Positions 48,230 through 60,090 of a stretch of 64,000 nucleotides of DNA are shown here, in pieces. The stretch lies in NCBI GenBank assembly GCA_040954595.2, contig CM082579.2, positions 9,475,625 to 9,539,624 on the forward strand, read 5' to 3'. A program made the position numbers and the translations under genes. Source of the stretch: Balanoglossus misakiensis. Its lineage: Eukaryota > Animalia > Hemichordata. The notes beneath the pieces were generated by a model that saw nothing but the letters and a program-made list of their open reading frames with translations, ran no database searches and was not told the origin of the DNA. Every line of letters starts with the position of its first letter. Position 1 is the stretch's first letter.

Positions 48230-49980
48230 GACTGTATAGTCAAGTATGACTTTCGGGTTGAACGGTATTGCCAACAGACGACAGGCACCAAGACACGAGG
48301 ATGCTATCTGTTCACTCTCGTGTAGCGCCACCAACCGTGGACTTCGATTCGAAGCCAGACTGTATAAGGACAACATGGGCCATGGAGAGACATTCTCTGA
48401 TGAAGGGCAATTTTTGTAGTTTCTCGCTGCTGGCTCTTCACCTAGTGCTGAGGCATGCGCATGACAAACGGCGTTGACTTCTATTGAGTGAATGAATACG
48501 TTTATTCAGTATTAAATGTGGCCACTTACCCTTCAAATAGAAAATGAATTATAGTAACGCGTCTCGCCATCAAGGCATTCTCTAATATCTACATTTGTAA
48601 CAGCATTTTTTCTCTCTCTTGAAATGCAATAAAAAGGCTTTTACTCAACTGGTGAAATAAATGTTCCTTTTTTTGTTGACATGAATTTGTAAAACTTATA
48701 TTCTACAGGGGAATTGAAGAAAAAACTTGGAATAAAATTTAACCCGCAATTCTGTATAAGCTGAGCAAATAACACACATGTGGTATTCATCTTCAATTTT
48801 CATCTTCAATTTGTCCACTAGCTTTTACACATACATGGACAAGTTTGTTTTACCTATAGGGCCCAACAATGAATATTGACTTCCATTCTTTAATCAAACA
48901 TTCTTTAAGAATGACTGTCTGGGGGCGCTATTGATGTCAAATTTGGTCACTGAAATATCGAAACTTGTTAAACATAATGAACTTCCCTAACCGTTCTCCA
49001 GGAACCAACTTAACTCCACTATACAGTAGTGACCAACCTATAGAACGTCTCGCAATTATTCAAATGTTGTGAACAATATAAAATGGATTGTATTACAACG
49101 CGGCCATAACTTTTGCATTGGCATTTTCACTGTATACAATTTAATGCTGAATAAATCAACAATCGTAAATTATTTCCGATAAATTCCGTTTATCAGTCAA
49201 CAACAAAAAATTGTGAAAAATATTGCTGGACAAAAAATAGCCGATGATGAAGGTGTACACTTAAAGTCACGAGAAACGTTTGCCCTTTGGAGGGCCGCCC
49301 TTGTTGATCGACGTATACAGGTATCATGGACCGGACGTTCGATTTTTCGTCATGTAACTACAGTCTAGTCATTAATCTTTGTCGATCGGGAGCCGTATAA
49401 TGATGTGTTTTACATATACAAAGTCTCTCTTGCATAAGCTTACAATAGAAATATGTTTCAGCATTATCGTCATTATGATGCTGATACCAATCTCCGACAT
49501 TTTTGTTCTTTGTTCAACTATTACATGTTTGGGCAAGGTGGTGTCTTATGTCTGACAAAAAAATAATTGGACACACCCTTGGTGGCTGTAGTCAGTGTTG
49601 TGGCTGCGTTTTCTCGTCGAGTATCTTCAACGTTGATATTGTATTTATTACAACGACGAGGAGGTAAGTTCATAATTCACATAATTTCGGTAGGTATACT
49701 TTGCAAACCTTATGATGCATTTAAAATATTCAGGCAAGTAAATTTAAATGTTAAATATACATTATATGTGTGGACTCCATAGGAATGTTTTGCCATGAAT
49801 ATAGGTGGGTGGGTCAAAAGTCTTAATTTTGGCAACTCACAGTTTCTTTTACAGACAACGGACAATTATCTAACTGCACTTGATCCTAAACTTGGTTCTC
49901 TAGAAGAGGAAAGCCGTATAAGCCTTCGACTTGGTCCGATCTTCGTTGCGTCCGTGATTTGATCAAAACCAATTTCAAGA

Positions 49981-51036
49981 ATGGAAAAAATACCTTGGTT
50001 TCATTCCACGGAGGTCAGTCGTCAAAATAATGACCCAGACTGTAAGAAGAAATCGTCAACGGCGAAGGCAGCATGGACAGGTTTCATTTTGTACATGTCA
50101 CGCATGATCGGCCCTATACTTGCTTTAGCCGCTGGCATGTCAAAGGCCTTATTTGCAATGTTTGCAATGCTGCTACAAAACGAGGGATTTACACAATATC
50201 AGCTCAACTTTATCAGCCCAATTGTGAGCCTAGTATTCTGTGTGCCGTACATACTCAGCTGTGAAAAGACAGACATGAAACTCTATTCCTGGAAGGATCG
50301 TCTTTGGATAATTACTGCTTCAGTTGCCGCAGCCGTGTCCCGAACACCGCAGTTGTACGCAATACAGTTCAGCACGATGGGAAGTGTGGACGCCATCATG
50401 CGTGGATTTTCGACCATCCTATCGGCCGTCGTTGCATGTATTGGCCTGAAGGAAACCTGTACTAAAGGAGGAATAGCATCACAGTTTCTTTCTGTCAGTG
50501 GACTTCTTATCATCATACTGCCTGAGGCACTGCAGCCCGTATCCGAAGGAAACCCCGTTGCCATGGCGGCCGTGGGTTCCATCTTAGCACTACTTGCAGG
50601 CACTTTTCTTGCATTGGATATCATCGGCACTCGTGCAGTAAGCGGCCGACAAACTGTCACATCCTATTTATTCGCTCAACAACTTTGTGGAGTTATTTTG
50701 AATCTGCCACTGGTGTTTGCGCTGGGCGAACCGAGATGGTCTGTCACGATTCCCATTTTGGGATATTTTGTTGCTTACTGCTTTTTAGATGCATTCCATC
50801 TCATTCTTGCGATGGCTAGTTTGAAGTTTACTAGAGTTGCACTATACGCTGTCCTAACGAATATATCCATCGTGGTACAATTCATTGCTGATGCTACGGT
50901 ATTTCACCGAAGCAGCACACCCTTTGAGATAGTTGGTGCTACCCTCATCATTTCATCTTCCGTGATAGTTTTTCTTGTAACCGACGGGGAGGACAGGAGA
51001 GACGACGAAAATTCGAAACTGATAGATAGTCGTTAA
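49981..51036 (+). CDS. EamA/DMT (SLC35G-like) transporter, copy 9 (type B, many private substitutions)
   Basis: 351-aa intact paralogue. Confidence 0.85.
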   Translation: MEKIPWFHSTEVSRQNNDPDCKKKSSTAKAAWTGFILYMSRMIGPILALAAGMSKALFAMFAMLLQNEGFTQYQLNFISPIVSLVFCVPYILSCEKTDMKLYSWKDRLWIITASVAAAVSRTPQLYAIQFSTMGSVDAIMRGFSTILSAVVACIGLKETCTKGGIASQFLSVSGLLIIILPEALQPVSEGNPVAMAAVGSILALLAGTFLALDIIGTRAVSGRQTVTSYLFAQQLCGVILNLPLVFALGEPRWSVTIPILGYFVAYCFLDAFHLILAMASLKFTRVALYAVLTNISIVVQFIADATVFHRSSTPFEIVGATLIISSSVIVFLVTDGEDRRDDENSKLIDSR

Positions 51037-52781
51037 GACTGTATAGTCAAGTATGACTTCCGGGTTGAACGGTATTGCCAACAGACGACAGGCACCAAGA
51101 CACGAGGATGCTATCTGTTCACTCTCGTGTAGCGCCACCAACCGTGGACTTCGATTCGAAGCCAGACTGTATAAGGACAACATGGGCCATGGCGAGACAT
51201 TCTCTGATGAAGGGCAATTTTTGTAGTTTCTCGCTGCTGGCTCTTCACCTAGTCCTGAGGCATGCGCATGATAAACGGGGTTGACTTCTATTGAGTGAAT
51301 GAATACGTTTATTCAGTATTGTATGTGGCCACTTACCCTTCAAATAGAAAATGAATTATAGTAACGCGTCTCGCCATCAAGGCATTCTCTAATATCTACA
51401 TTTGTAACAGCATTTTTTCTCTCTCTTGAAATGCAATAAAAAGGTTTTTACTCAACTGGTGAAATAAATGTTCCTTTTTTAATTGTTGACATGAATTTGT
51501 AAAATTTATATTCTACAGGGGAATTGAAGAAAAACTTGGAATAAAATTTAACCCGCAATTCTGTATAAGCTGGGCAAATAACACACATGTGGTATTCATC
51601 TTCAATTTTCATCTTCAATTTGTCCACTAGCTTTTACACATACATGTACATGGACAAGTTTGTTTTACCTATAGGGCCCAACAATGAATATTGACTTCCA
51701 TTCTTTAATCAAACATTCTTTAAGAATGACTTTCTGGGGGCGCTATTGATGTCAAATTTGGTCACTGAAATATCGAAACTTGTTAAACATAATGAACTTC
51801 CCTAACCGTTCTCCAGGAACCAACTTAACTCCACTATACAGTAGTGACCAACCTATAGAACGTCTCGCAATTATTCCGATGTTGTGAACAATATAAATTG
51901 GATTGTATTACAACGCGGCCATAACTTTTGCATTGGCATTTTCACTGTATAAAATTTAATTCTGAATAAATCAACAATCGTAAATAATTTCCGATAAATT
52001 CCGTTTATCAGTCAACAAAAACAAAATTGTTAAAAATATTGCTGGACACAAAATAGCCGATGATGAAGGTGTACACTTAAAGTCACGAGAAACGTTTGCC
52101 CTTTGGAGGGCCGCCCTTGTTGATCGACGTATACAGGTATAATGGACCGGACGTTCCATTTGTCACGTAACTATAGTCTAAACAGTAAATCTTTGTCGAT
52201 CGAGAGCCGTATAATGATGCGTTTTACATATACAAAGTCTCTCTTGCATAAGCTTACAATAGAAATATGTTTCAGCATTATCGTCGTTATGATGCTGATA
52301 CCAATCTCCGACATTGTTGTTCTTTGTTCAACTATTACATGTTTGGGCAAGGTGGTGTCTTATGTCAGGCAAAAAAAATAATTGGACAAACCCTTGGTGG
52401 CTGTAGGCAGTGTTGTCGCTGCGTTTTCTCGTCGAGTATCTTCAACGTTGATATTGTATTTATTACAACGACGAGGAGGTAAGTTCATAATTCACATAAT
52501 TTCGATTTGTACTTAGCGAACCTTCTGATGATGCATGTAAAATATTCAGGCAAGAAAATTTAAATGTTAAATATACATTATATGTGTTGACTCCATAGGA
52601 ATGTTTTGCCATGAATATAGGTGGAAGGGTCAAAAGTCTTAATTTTGACAACTCACAGTTTCTTTTAAAGACAACGGACAATTATCTAACTGCACTTGAT
52701 CCTAAATTTGGTTACCTAACAGGAAAGGCATTGGTCCGATCTTCGTTGCGTCCGTGATTTGATCAAAGCCAATCTTCAAGA

Positions 52782-53837
52782 ATGGAAACAATACCTTTGA
52801 GTCCTTCCTCGGAGGTCGGTCGTCAAAATAATGACCCAGACTGTGAGAAGAAATCGTCAACGGCAATGGCAGCATGGAAAGGTTTCATTCTGTACACGGC
52901 ACGCATGATTGGCCCAATACTTGCTTTAGCTGGGGGGCTGTCAATAGGCTTTTTTCAAATGTTTACATCACTGCTACAAAACGAGGGATTTACACAATAT
53001 CAGCTCAACGTTATCAGCCCAATTGTGAGCCTAGTATTCTGTGTGCCGTACATACTCAGCTGTGAAAAGACAGACGTGTGCCTCGGTTCCTGGAAGGATC
53101 GTCTTTTGTTACTAACTGCTTCCGTCTGCAGTATGGTATCCCGCATACCCGGTTTCTACGCCATAGAGCTAACCGCGATTGGTAGTTTTGGCGCCATCAT
53201 CCGTGGAACAACGACCATCCTATCGGCCGTTGTTGCATGTATTGGCCTGAAGGAAACCTGTACTAAAGGAGGAATAGCATCACAGTTTCTTTCTGTCATT
53301 GGACTTCTTATCATCATACTGCCTGAAGCATTGCGACCAGTGTCCGAAGGAAAACCAGTTGCAATGACCGTTGTAGGTTACATCTTAGCATTAGTTACAG
53401 GCGCTTTTCTTACATCGGATATCATCGCCTTACGTGCCTTGAGTGGTCGATTACCTATCGTAGCCTATATATTCACCCATAAGCTTTGCGGAGTTATTTT
53501 GAACCTGCCATTGGTGTTTGCGTTTGGCGAACCGAGATGGTCAGTCACCATTCCCATTTTGGGATATTTTGCTGGTTTCTGCTTTTTTGATGCATTCCAT
53601 CTCATTCTTATGGTGGCTAGTTTGAAGTTTACTAGAGTTGCATCCTATGCCGTCCTAGTGAATGTATCTATTGTGGTATCCTTTATTGCTGATGTTACGG
53701 TATTGCAACGAAGCATCACACCCTTTGAGATAGTTGGTGCTACCCTCATCATTTCATCTTCCGTGGTAGTTTTTCTTGCAACAGACGGTGAGGACAGGAG
53801 AGTCGACGAAAAATCGAAACTGGTGGACCGTCATTAA
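52782..53837 (+). CDS. EamA/DMT (SLC35G-like) transporter, copy 10 (type A, near-identical to copy 3)
   Basis: 351-aa intact paralogue. Confidence 0.85.
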   Translation: METIPLSPSSEVGRQNNDPDCEKKSSTAMAAWKGFILYTARMIGPILALAGGLSIGFFQMFTSLLQNEGFTQYQLNVISPIVSLVFCVPYILSCEKTDVCLGSWKDRLLLLTASVCSMVSRIPGFYAIELTAIGSFGAIIRGTTTILSAVVACIGLKETCTKGGIASQFLSVIGLLIIILPEALRPVSEGKPVAMTVVGYILALVTGAFLTSDIIALRALSGRLPIVAYIFTHKLCGVILNLPLVFAFGEPRWSVTIPILGYFAGFCFFDAFHLILMVASLKFTRVASYAVLVNVSIVVSFIADVTVLQRSITPFEIVGATLIISSSVVVFLATDGEDRRVDEKSKLVDRH

Positions 53838-56800
53838 GAATGTTGTCAAGTGTGAATTAAAGCGGGCATTCTAAAGCATAGCTTATAAGACGCACTATTT
53901 CTGTCAACATTGGTCTCTGGCTCTGAAATCTCATGCCCGTCATCTGACTTCTTCATATTTTATCAGGGACCAACTAATATCAACCAATGGCGGCATTAGT
54001 AGACTAGTGACCTCCCTATAGAATTACAGCGTTTTTTGAGAATTTTTGGTTGTAACAGTGGCTTATTTTGTTTATTAGAACTTTCATTGTATGAAATCAA
54101 TTCTGAATAAATTGACGGTCATAATTTATTTCCGATGGTGTTTTTTTTCTCTCGACGAGAACCAAACAACTTGCATTGTCACTATTTTATGGACATAAAA
54201 TAGGAGATGATGAAGATGTACACTGCAAGTGACGTTGACTGTAAGAATTGCTTCTATTAATTATTTACTATGAAACGTGCCAGTACTAGAAATTCACAGC
54301 AACTTTCACCTATGAGACACGCCCCTCTACACACATAAGTTATTTCCATGATTATAAATGTGTATTCTAGTCTGGTCCCCTGCCCCATTCCCACCGCTGG
54401 CTGCGCTACGCTAAAGGGAAAGGCGTCAGGTACGGCCCGACCAATGGTCGAAAACCTGGCCCGCATGCATATGATAATAAAACAAAGACCACGTGATCAT
54501 AAACAAGATGGATGCCTTCAATGTCCGTTGATTTTCCTCGCAGTTGAAATTTTCATGTAACGGCATTATTTACGACCTGGGGGTGTCGCAGAAATCAGAG
54601 GGGTGGAGGTCACACAAAATGGAAATCTGGATGGGGGGATTTGGATGGGGGTTTCTCAAAATGTGCAGGCGCAGAAGGGAGGGGGCTAAAAAATTTTTGA
54701 ATCTCTCACAGCATTGCAACTGTGAAATGTGCATGTCTTACAATGTACTAGCCCGGAGACCAGGCGTCGATCTCCGGGCTAATGTCTTACTGACAACTGC
54801 AAAATGCGAGTTCTCCGTCCGTAAGAAATGAAGCATATTTAGTTTACCAGTATTTTTTCTGTCACTTTGTGTCACCCAAATATTATTAATGTGTTTTATC
54901 CGGAATGATTTGGTCATTTTAGTAACAATCTTTAGTCTTTCGTAGATTTTAGTTTGTTGCAGCAAATGCAAAGAAGCCATTAAATGTATTTGTATTTCGA
55001 AGACGCGTCTATAAAGCCACTTTCGACATTAAAGGGACATAGTCTCTCTCTCGCTGCCCTTTTTCCATTAATTATGTTTGATACAAGACAGTGTTTATGT
55101 TAATGTACATGTGGATATATAGTGAATGAACGTTCAACTACACACAACTTCCATCCCACGTGTATGATATCAGAGTAAAAACTCGCCCAAAATGAAGAAA
55201 TGGTAGAGAACGATTATTCATTTTGGCAAGTTTTTCACTCTCGTGTCTACAAGAGGGATGGAAGTTGTGTGTGGTGGATCGCTGATTCACTATATATCCA
55301 CATGTACATAAACATAAACGGTGTATTGTATCAAACATAATTTATGGGAAAGGGTAGATTCCATCGCCCTTTATGTCGATCTAGAGCAAATGTCTCTCTT
55401 TTGTTTAAGTTTACAATAGAAAAAATGTCTCCACATTATCGCCGTCATTAAAATGTTAATACAAATCTTATGACGTTTTTTTTTGTTCAACTAAAACATG
55501 TTTGGACAGGTTGGTGCCTTATGTCTGACAAAAAAATATTGGACACACCCTTGGTGGCTGTAGACGGTGTTGTCGCTGCGTTTTCTCGTCGAGTATCTTC
55601 AACGTTGATATTGTATTTATTACAACGACGAGGAGGTAAGTTCACAATTCACATAATTTCGATTTGTACTTAGCGAACCTTATGATGCATGTAAAGTGTT
55701 TAGGCAAGTAAATTTCAATGTGTTGAACATATTTCATGTGTGAACTCCATATGAATCCGTCATTGGCATTCTTCAAGGCATTATGATGCAGCGTATTCAG
55801 CATATTATAGTCAAACTCCAAGCATGTCACGTTGGTGATACATATCGGATCCGTATATTACTACAATGTAGTATGACGTGAGTGTCACAAAAACATACCA
55901 GGCGAAGTAGGCATTCTCAGCGCCGCCACACCAACGTTTGACCAGTGTATTGTTTTTATACTAAGTGGCGTAGATTCGGACCTTTAGTGCAGATTATACG
56001 TTCACAACTCTATCAACTTAAGCTGCCCTGAAATTTAGAATAAAACAGCCTCCAAAGACCATTGCCACGTCTCCCAGCCGTTGCCCCAAGTCCAAATCCC
56101 CCAAAATATCCAATGCAAAAATGTAATTTTCAAGTCAATCGAATACTTTGATATTTCACATTTTAATGATTATCGACAGTTCATCGAGAATAAAGCCAAC
56201 ACTGTACTTTTATGTAACCATTTATTTCACTTTACAAAATGAACACCAATTAACCAGGCTGTTTTTAAATAACACAAAAAACTAAAACGTGCACAGTGCA
56301 CAGACGCAAGTCTACCAAAATACTGCTTATATTGCACATTTTGATGATTACCGACAGTTTATCAAGAATAAATACAAAAACAGTTGTGTTTAGTCAACGC
56401 TTTATTTAGGATTTTTTCTTGTTTTGTGCAACATGTTTACTACATGCATTGACGCACATATATTTCGCGGTTTTACCTTTATATTTCCGCCACGTGTAAA
56501 CTCAAACTTGTCCTTTTCAGGAAAGGAGACTTTTCACTGACATCTCCATTCTAGAATGTACGCCCTTGATTTCACAGGCCATTTAAAAGAAAACTTGAGT
56601 TCTAAAAAATTACGGATTTTGCACACATAACAATCTATATAAATCTTTTCATGTTACTCTAAATATGTTGACAATATTTTGGTTTTGGTTTTTGGTCTCC
56701 CTTTCATTCAATGCACTACATCAGCTGTGGAATAGTATCCAGCACTGGAACTTCCAACCAATCATCAAACATCAACACTTCAAAAGAAGCTGAGGCTGAG

Positions 56801-56907
56801 ACGCTGCACGTGATCCGAAACTGGGTTCCCTAACAGGCAAGGCATAGGCTTTCGACTTGGTCCGATCTTCGTTGCGTCCGTGATTCGATCAAAACCAATC
56901 TTCAAGA

Positions 56908-57963
56908 ATGGAAGACTTACCTTTGCGTCCATCCACGGAGGTCAGTCGTCAAAATAATGACCAAGACTATGAGAAGAAATCGTCAACGGCAATGGCAGCA
57001 TGGAAAGGTTTCATTCTGTACATGTCACGCATGATTGGCCCAATACTTGCTTTGGCTGGTGGCATGTCAAAGGCCTTATTTGCAGTGTTTGCAATGCTGC
57101 TACAAAACGAGGGATTTACACAATATCAGCTCAACGTTATCAGCCCAATTGTGAGCCTAGTATTCTGTGTGCCGTACATACTCAGCTGTGAAAAGACAGA
57201 CATGAACCTCCATTCCTGGAAGGATCGTCTTTGGATAATTACTGCTTCGGTTTCCGGAGTCGTGTCCCGAATACCGCAATTGTACGCAATGCAGTTCAGC
57301 ACGATGGGAAGTGTGGACGCTATCATCCGTGGATTTTCGACCATCCTATCGGCCGTTGTTGCATGTATTGGCCTGAAGGAAACCTGTACTAAAGGAGGAA
57401 TAGCGTCACAGTTTCTTTCTGTCAGTGGACTTCTTATCATCATACTGCCTGAGGCACTGCAGCCCGTATCCGAAGGAAACCCCGTTGCCATGGCCGTCGT
57501 GGGTTCCATCTTAGCACTACTTGCAGGCATTTTTGTTACATTGGATATCATCGGCACTCGTGCAGTAAGCGGCCGACAAACTGTCACATTCTATATATTC
57601 ACACATCAGCTTTGTGGAGTTATTTTGAATCTGCCAATGGTGTTTGCGCTGGGCGAACCGAGATGGTCTGTCACGATTCCCATTTTGGGATATTTTGTTG
57701 CTTACTGCTTTTTTGATGCATTCCATCTCATTCTTATGGTGGCAAGTTTGAAGTTTACTAGAGTTGCACTATACGCTGTCCTAACGAATATATCCATCGT
57801 GGTACAATTTATTGCTGATGCTACGGTATTGCAACGAAGCATCACTCCCTTTGAGATAGTTGGTGCTACCCTCATCATTTCATCTTCCGTGATAGTTTTT
57901 CTTGCAACCGACGGGGAGGACAGGAGAGACGACGAAAAATCGAAACTGCTAGACGATCGTTAA
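56908..57963 (+). CDS. EamA/DMT (SLC35G-like) transporter, copy 11 (type B, MEDL N-terminus)
   Basis: 351-aa intact paralogue. Confidence 0.85.
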   Translation: MEDLPLRPSTEVSRQNNDQDYEKKSSTAMAAWKGFILYMSRMIGPILALAGGMSKALFAVFAMLLQNEGFTQYQLNVISPIVSLVFCVPYILSCEKTDMNLHSWKDRLWIITASVSGVVSRIPQLYAMQFSTMGSVDAIIRGFSTILSAVVACIGLKETCTKGGIASQFLSVSGLLIIILPEALQPVSEGNPVAMAVVGSILALLAGIFVTLDIIGTRAVSGRQTVTFYIFTHQLCGVILNLPMVFALGEPRWSVTIPILGYFVAYCFFDAFHLILMVASLKFTRVALYAVLTNISIVVQFIADATVLQRSITPFEIVGATLIISSSVIVFLATDGEDRRDDEKSKLLDDR

Positions 57964-58917
57964 GACTGTAGTCAAGTATGACTTCCGGGTTGAACGGTAT
58001 TGCCAACAGACGACAGGCACCAAGACACGAGGATGCTATCTGTTCACTCTCGTGTAGCGCCACCAACCGTGGACTTCGATTCGAAGCCAGACTGTATAAG
58101 GACAACATGGGCCATGGAGAGACATTCTCTGATGAAGGGCAATTTTTTGTAGTTTCTCGCTGCTGGCTCTTCACCTAGTGCTGAGGCATGCGCATAATAA
58201 CAACGGGGTTGGCTTTCATTGTTTAATCAAGCATTCTATTAAAGAATGGCTGCTGGGCGCTATTACTGTCAAATTTGGTCTCTGAACGTTATACATAGTT
58301 AACTTCTCTATTCATTTTCCATATTATATTAGCAACCAACTAAACTCTACTGGTGGTGGTATTTGTAGTGACTTACCTGTAGGAAATCTCGCAATTAATA
58401 TACTCATTTTTCAGAACACTATGGATTGTATTATGGAGTGGCCACCCCCATTTTATATTGGCATTTGCACTATATGAAATAAATTCAGAAATAATCGAGG
58501 GTCGTAATTATTGTCCGATGGTGTGTGTTATCAGTGAAAAATACAGTCACAAAATTTTCTAGACACAACATAGCCGATGACAAATACGTACACTGCAAAT
58601 CACGAGAACGGTAAGAATTGTCTCTGTAAATTGCTTGTTGGACAGCAAGACTGATGAAGTATGGTGTGGTTTGTTTATGCATGACCAGGGAGATGGTGCA
58701 CCATACAGTTTAGATATAGAACGAGTCCGAGTTCTGATCTCAGTTTAATTAAAGTGTTTGCCATGTTGACATGTTATGCTAAAAGAGACATCGGGGTAAG
58801 GCCGGGACAAAGCACGGGCCTTTGCCAGAGTCCAGAAAGAGCGTGTGGTCATTCGGATCCGGTGGTCATGCTCGCCAAAGGCGACTGATACTGAGATCAA
58901 ATAAAAAGCAAGGCAAA

Positions 58918-59130
58918 TACTGTAAAACACTTTATTTTCGCGAGCAATTAATTTTCGCCAAATACGCGAGAGCCAAAATAGCGTGAAAATAAAAAGTCGC
59001 GTAAATTTTTTTTTGAAGATAACGATGCAGTGAATGAAATAAGAGAACGCGAAAATTAATACTCGCGAAACAGTGGCCTCTCTCGATATCGTGAAAAATT
59101 CAACTCGCGAAAATAAAGTGTTTTACAGTA
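58918..59130. mobile_element. MITE with long TIRs, TA-flanked (Tc1/mariner-type non-autonomous)
   Basis: TACTGTAAAACACTTTATTTTCGCGAG ... CTCGCGAAAATAAAGTGTTTTACAGTA, with internal CGCGAAAA repeats. Confidence 0.85.
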
Positions 59131-59619
59131 TCCCACCCTTGGTCGTCGAAGGCAATGCTGGATACCTTTACACACACTGGGACTTGCGGTTTCTTTGCCG
59201 TGGTTATAGCACTTTCCATAAGTCGACTGTACTTCTATGTTGAAGCCATTTTTTTTCTGGTAATCGATGTTTTTGCCGTAGGTTGGCGAGGGGGCTACGG
59301 CAAGACAAAAGGAGCGCCAAAAAAACAAATTACCGCCTGCATGCCCCAAACACCAGGTAAAACAGCTGAATCGTCAAATAGAAAACAGAAAAGTGTTGTT
59401 AGACGCAGTTTGAAGTGTATAAATCAGCACACGTTTTATTCATTTTCATGTCATAATTTAATGTTAGAACACAACAGATGGTTACCATTAAGTCTATAAT
59501 TTGAATTTCCCTGATGCAAACAGAATATCCTGAGATTTTATTTCAAGAAAATGAAAAGCAGCACAGTTTTGATTGTTTTTCGTAATAATTTTTACTTTTT
59601 TAAATAAACTTATCAGCAT

Positions 59620-59890
59620 TTAATGTGGAAAGCGGCTCTATAGACGCGTCTTCGAAATACAAATACATTTAATGGCTTCTTGCATTTGCGACAACAAACT
59701 AAAACCGACGAAAAACTAAAAATAATTACTAGAATGATCAAAATATTCCGGATAAAACACATTAAAAACATGTGGGTGACACAAAGAAACAGAAAAAAAT
59801 ACTGGTAAAAAATATATGCTTCATTTCGTACGACCGGAGAACTCGCATTTTGCAGCTGGCCCTCTGACATGCACATTTCACAGTTGAAAT
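59620..59890 (-). mobile_element. Dispersed repeat, reverse-orientation homologue of 33135-33446 (and of the 36620-36935 and 54715-55032 copies)
   Basis: TATAGACGCGTCTTCGAAATACAAATACATTTAATGGCTTCTTGCATTTGC is the reverse complement of spacer sequence; begins at TTAA. Confidence 0.75.
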
Positions 59891-60090
59891 AAAACCGCGA
59901 AATGAATCCGTTATTTCCGTCTGCTTTTTGGTCCGGACAAATAAACAAGTAAACGAACATTGCACAAGTAGTTCCCGATTCATCTTGGCAGTTTACAATA
60001 TGATTCGAGACACACGCTGTCATTTGAACTGAAAGTCTAGACAGCGGTGGCCAACAGACAATACGTCCAATCGTGACCGTACTGAGTGTA

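Larger units (their letters stand above)
24940..58620 (+). repeat. Tandem gene array, 11 units (ATG-to-ATG 2769-2807 bp, with 3586, 4120 and 4126 bp long units)
   Basis: CDS and spacers are directly repeated at high identity. ATG spacings: 2783, 2791, 3586, 4120, 2782, 2769, 2807, 2807, 2801, 4126. Confidence 0.95.

Noticed and set aside
24940-58620. Array as a CRISPR-like locus or a transposon tandem
   Set aside because: Units are ~2.8-4.1 kb gene duplications; there is no short repeat-spacer structure and no transposase, RT or Cas ORF.
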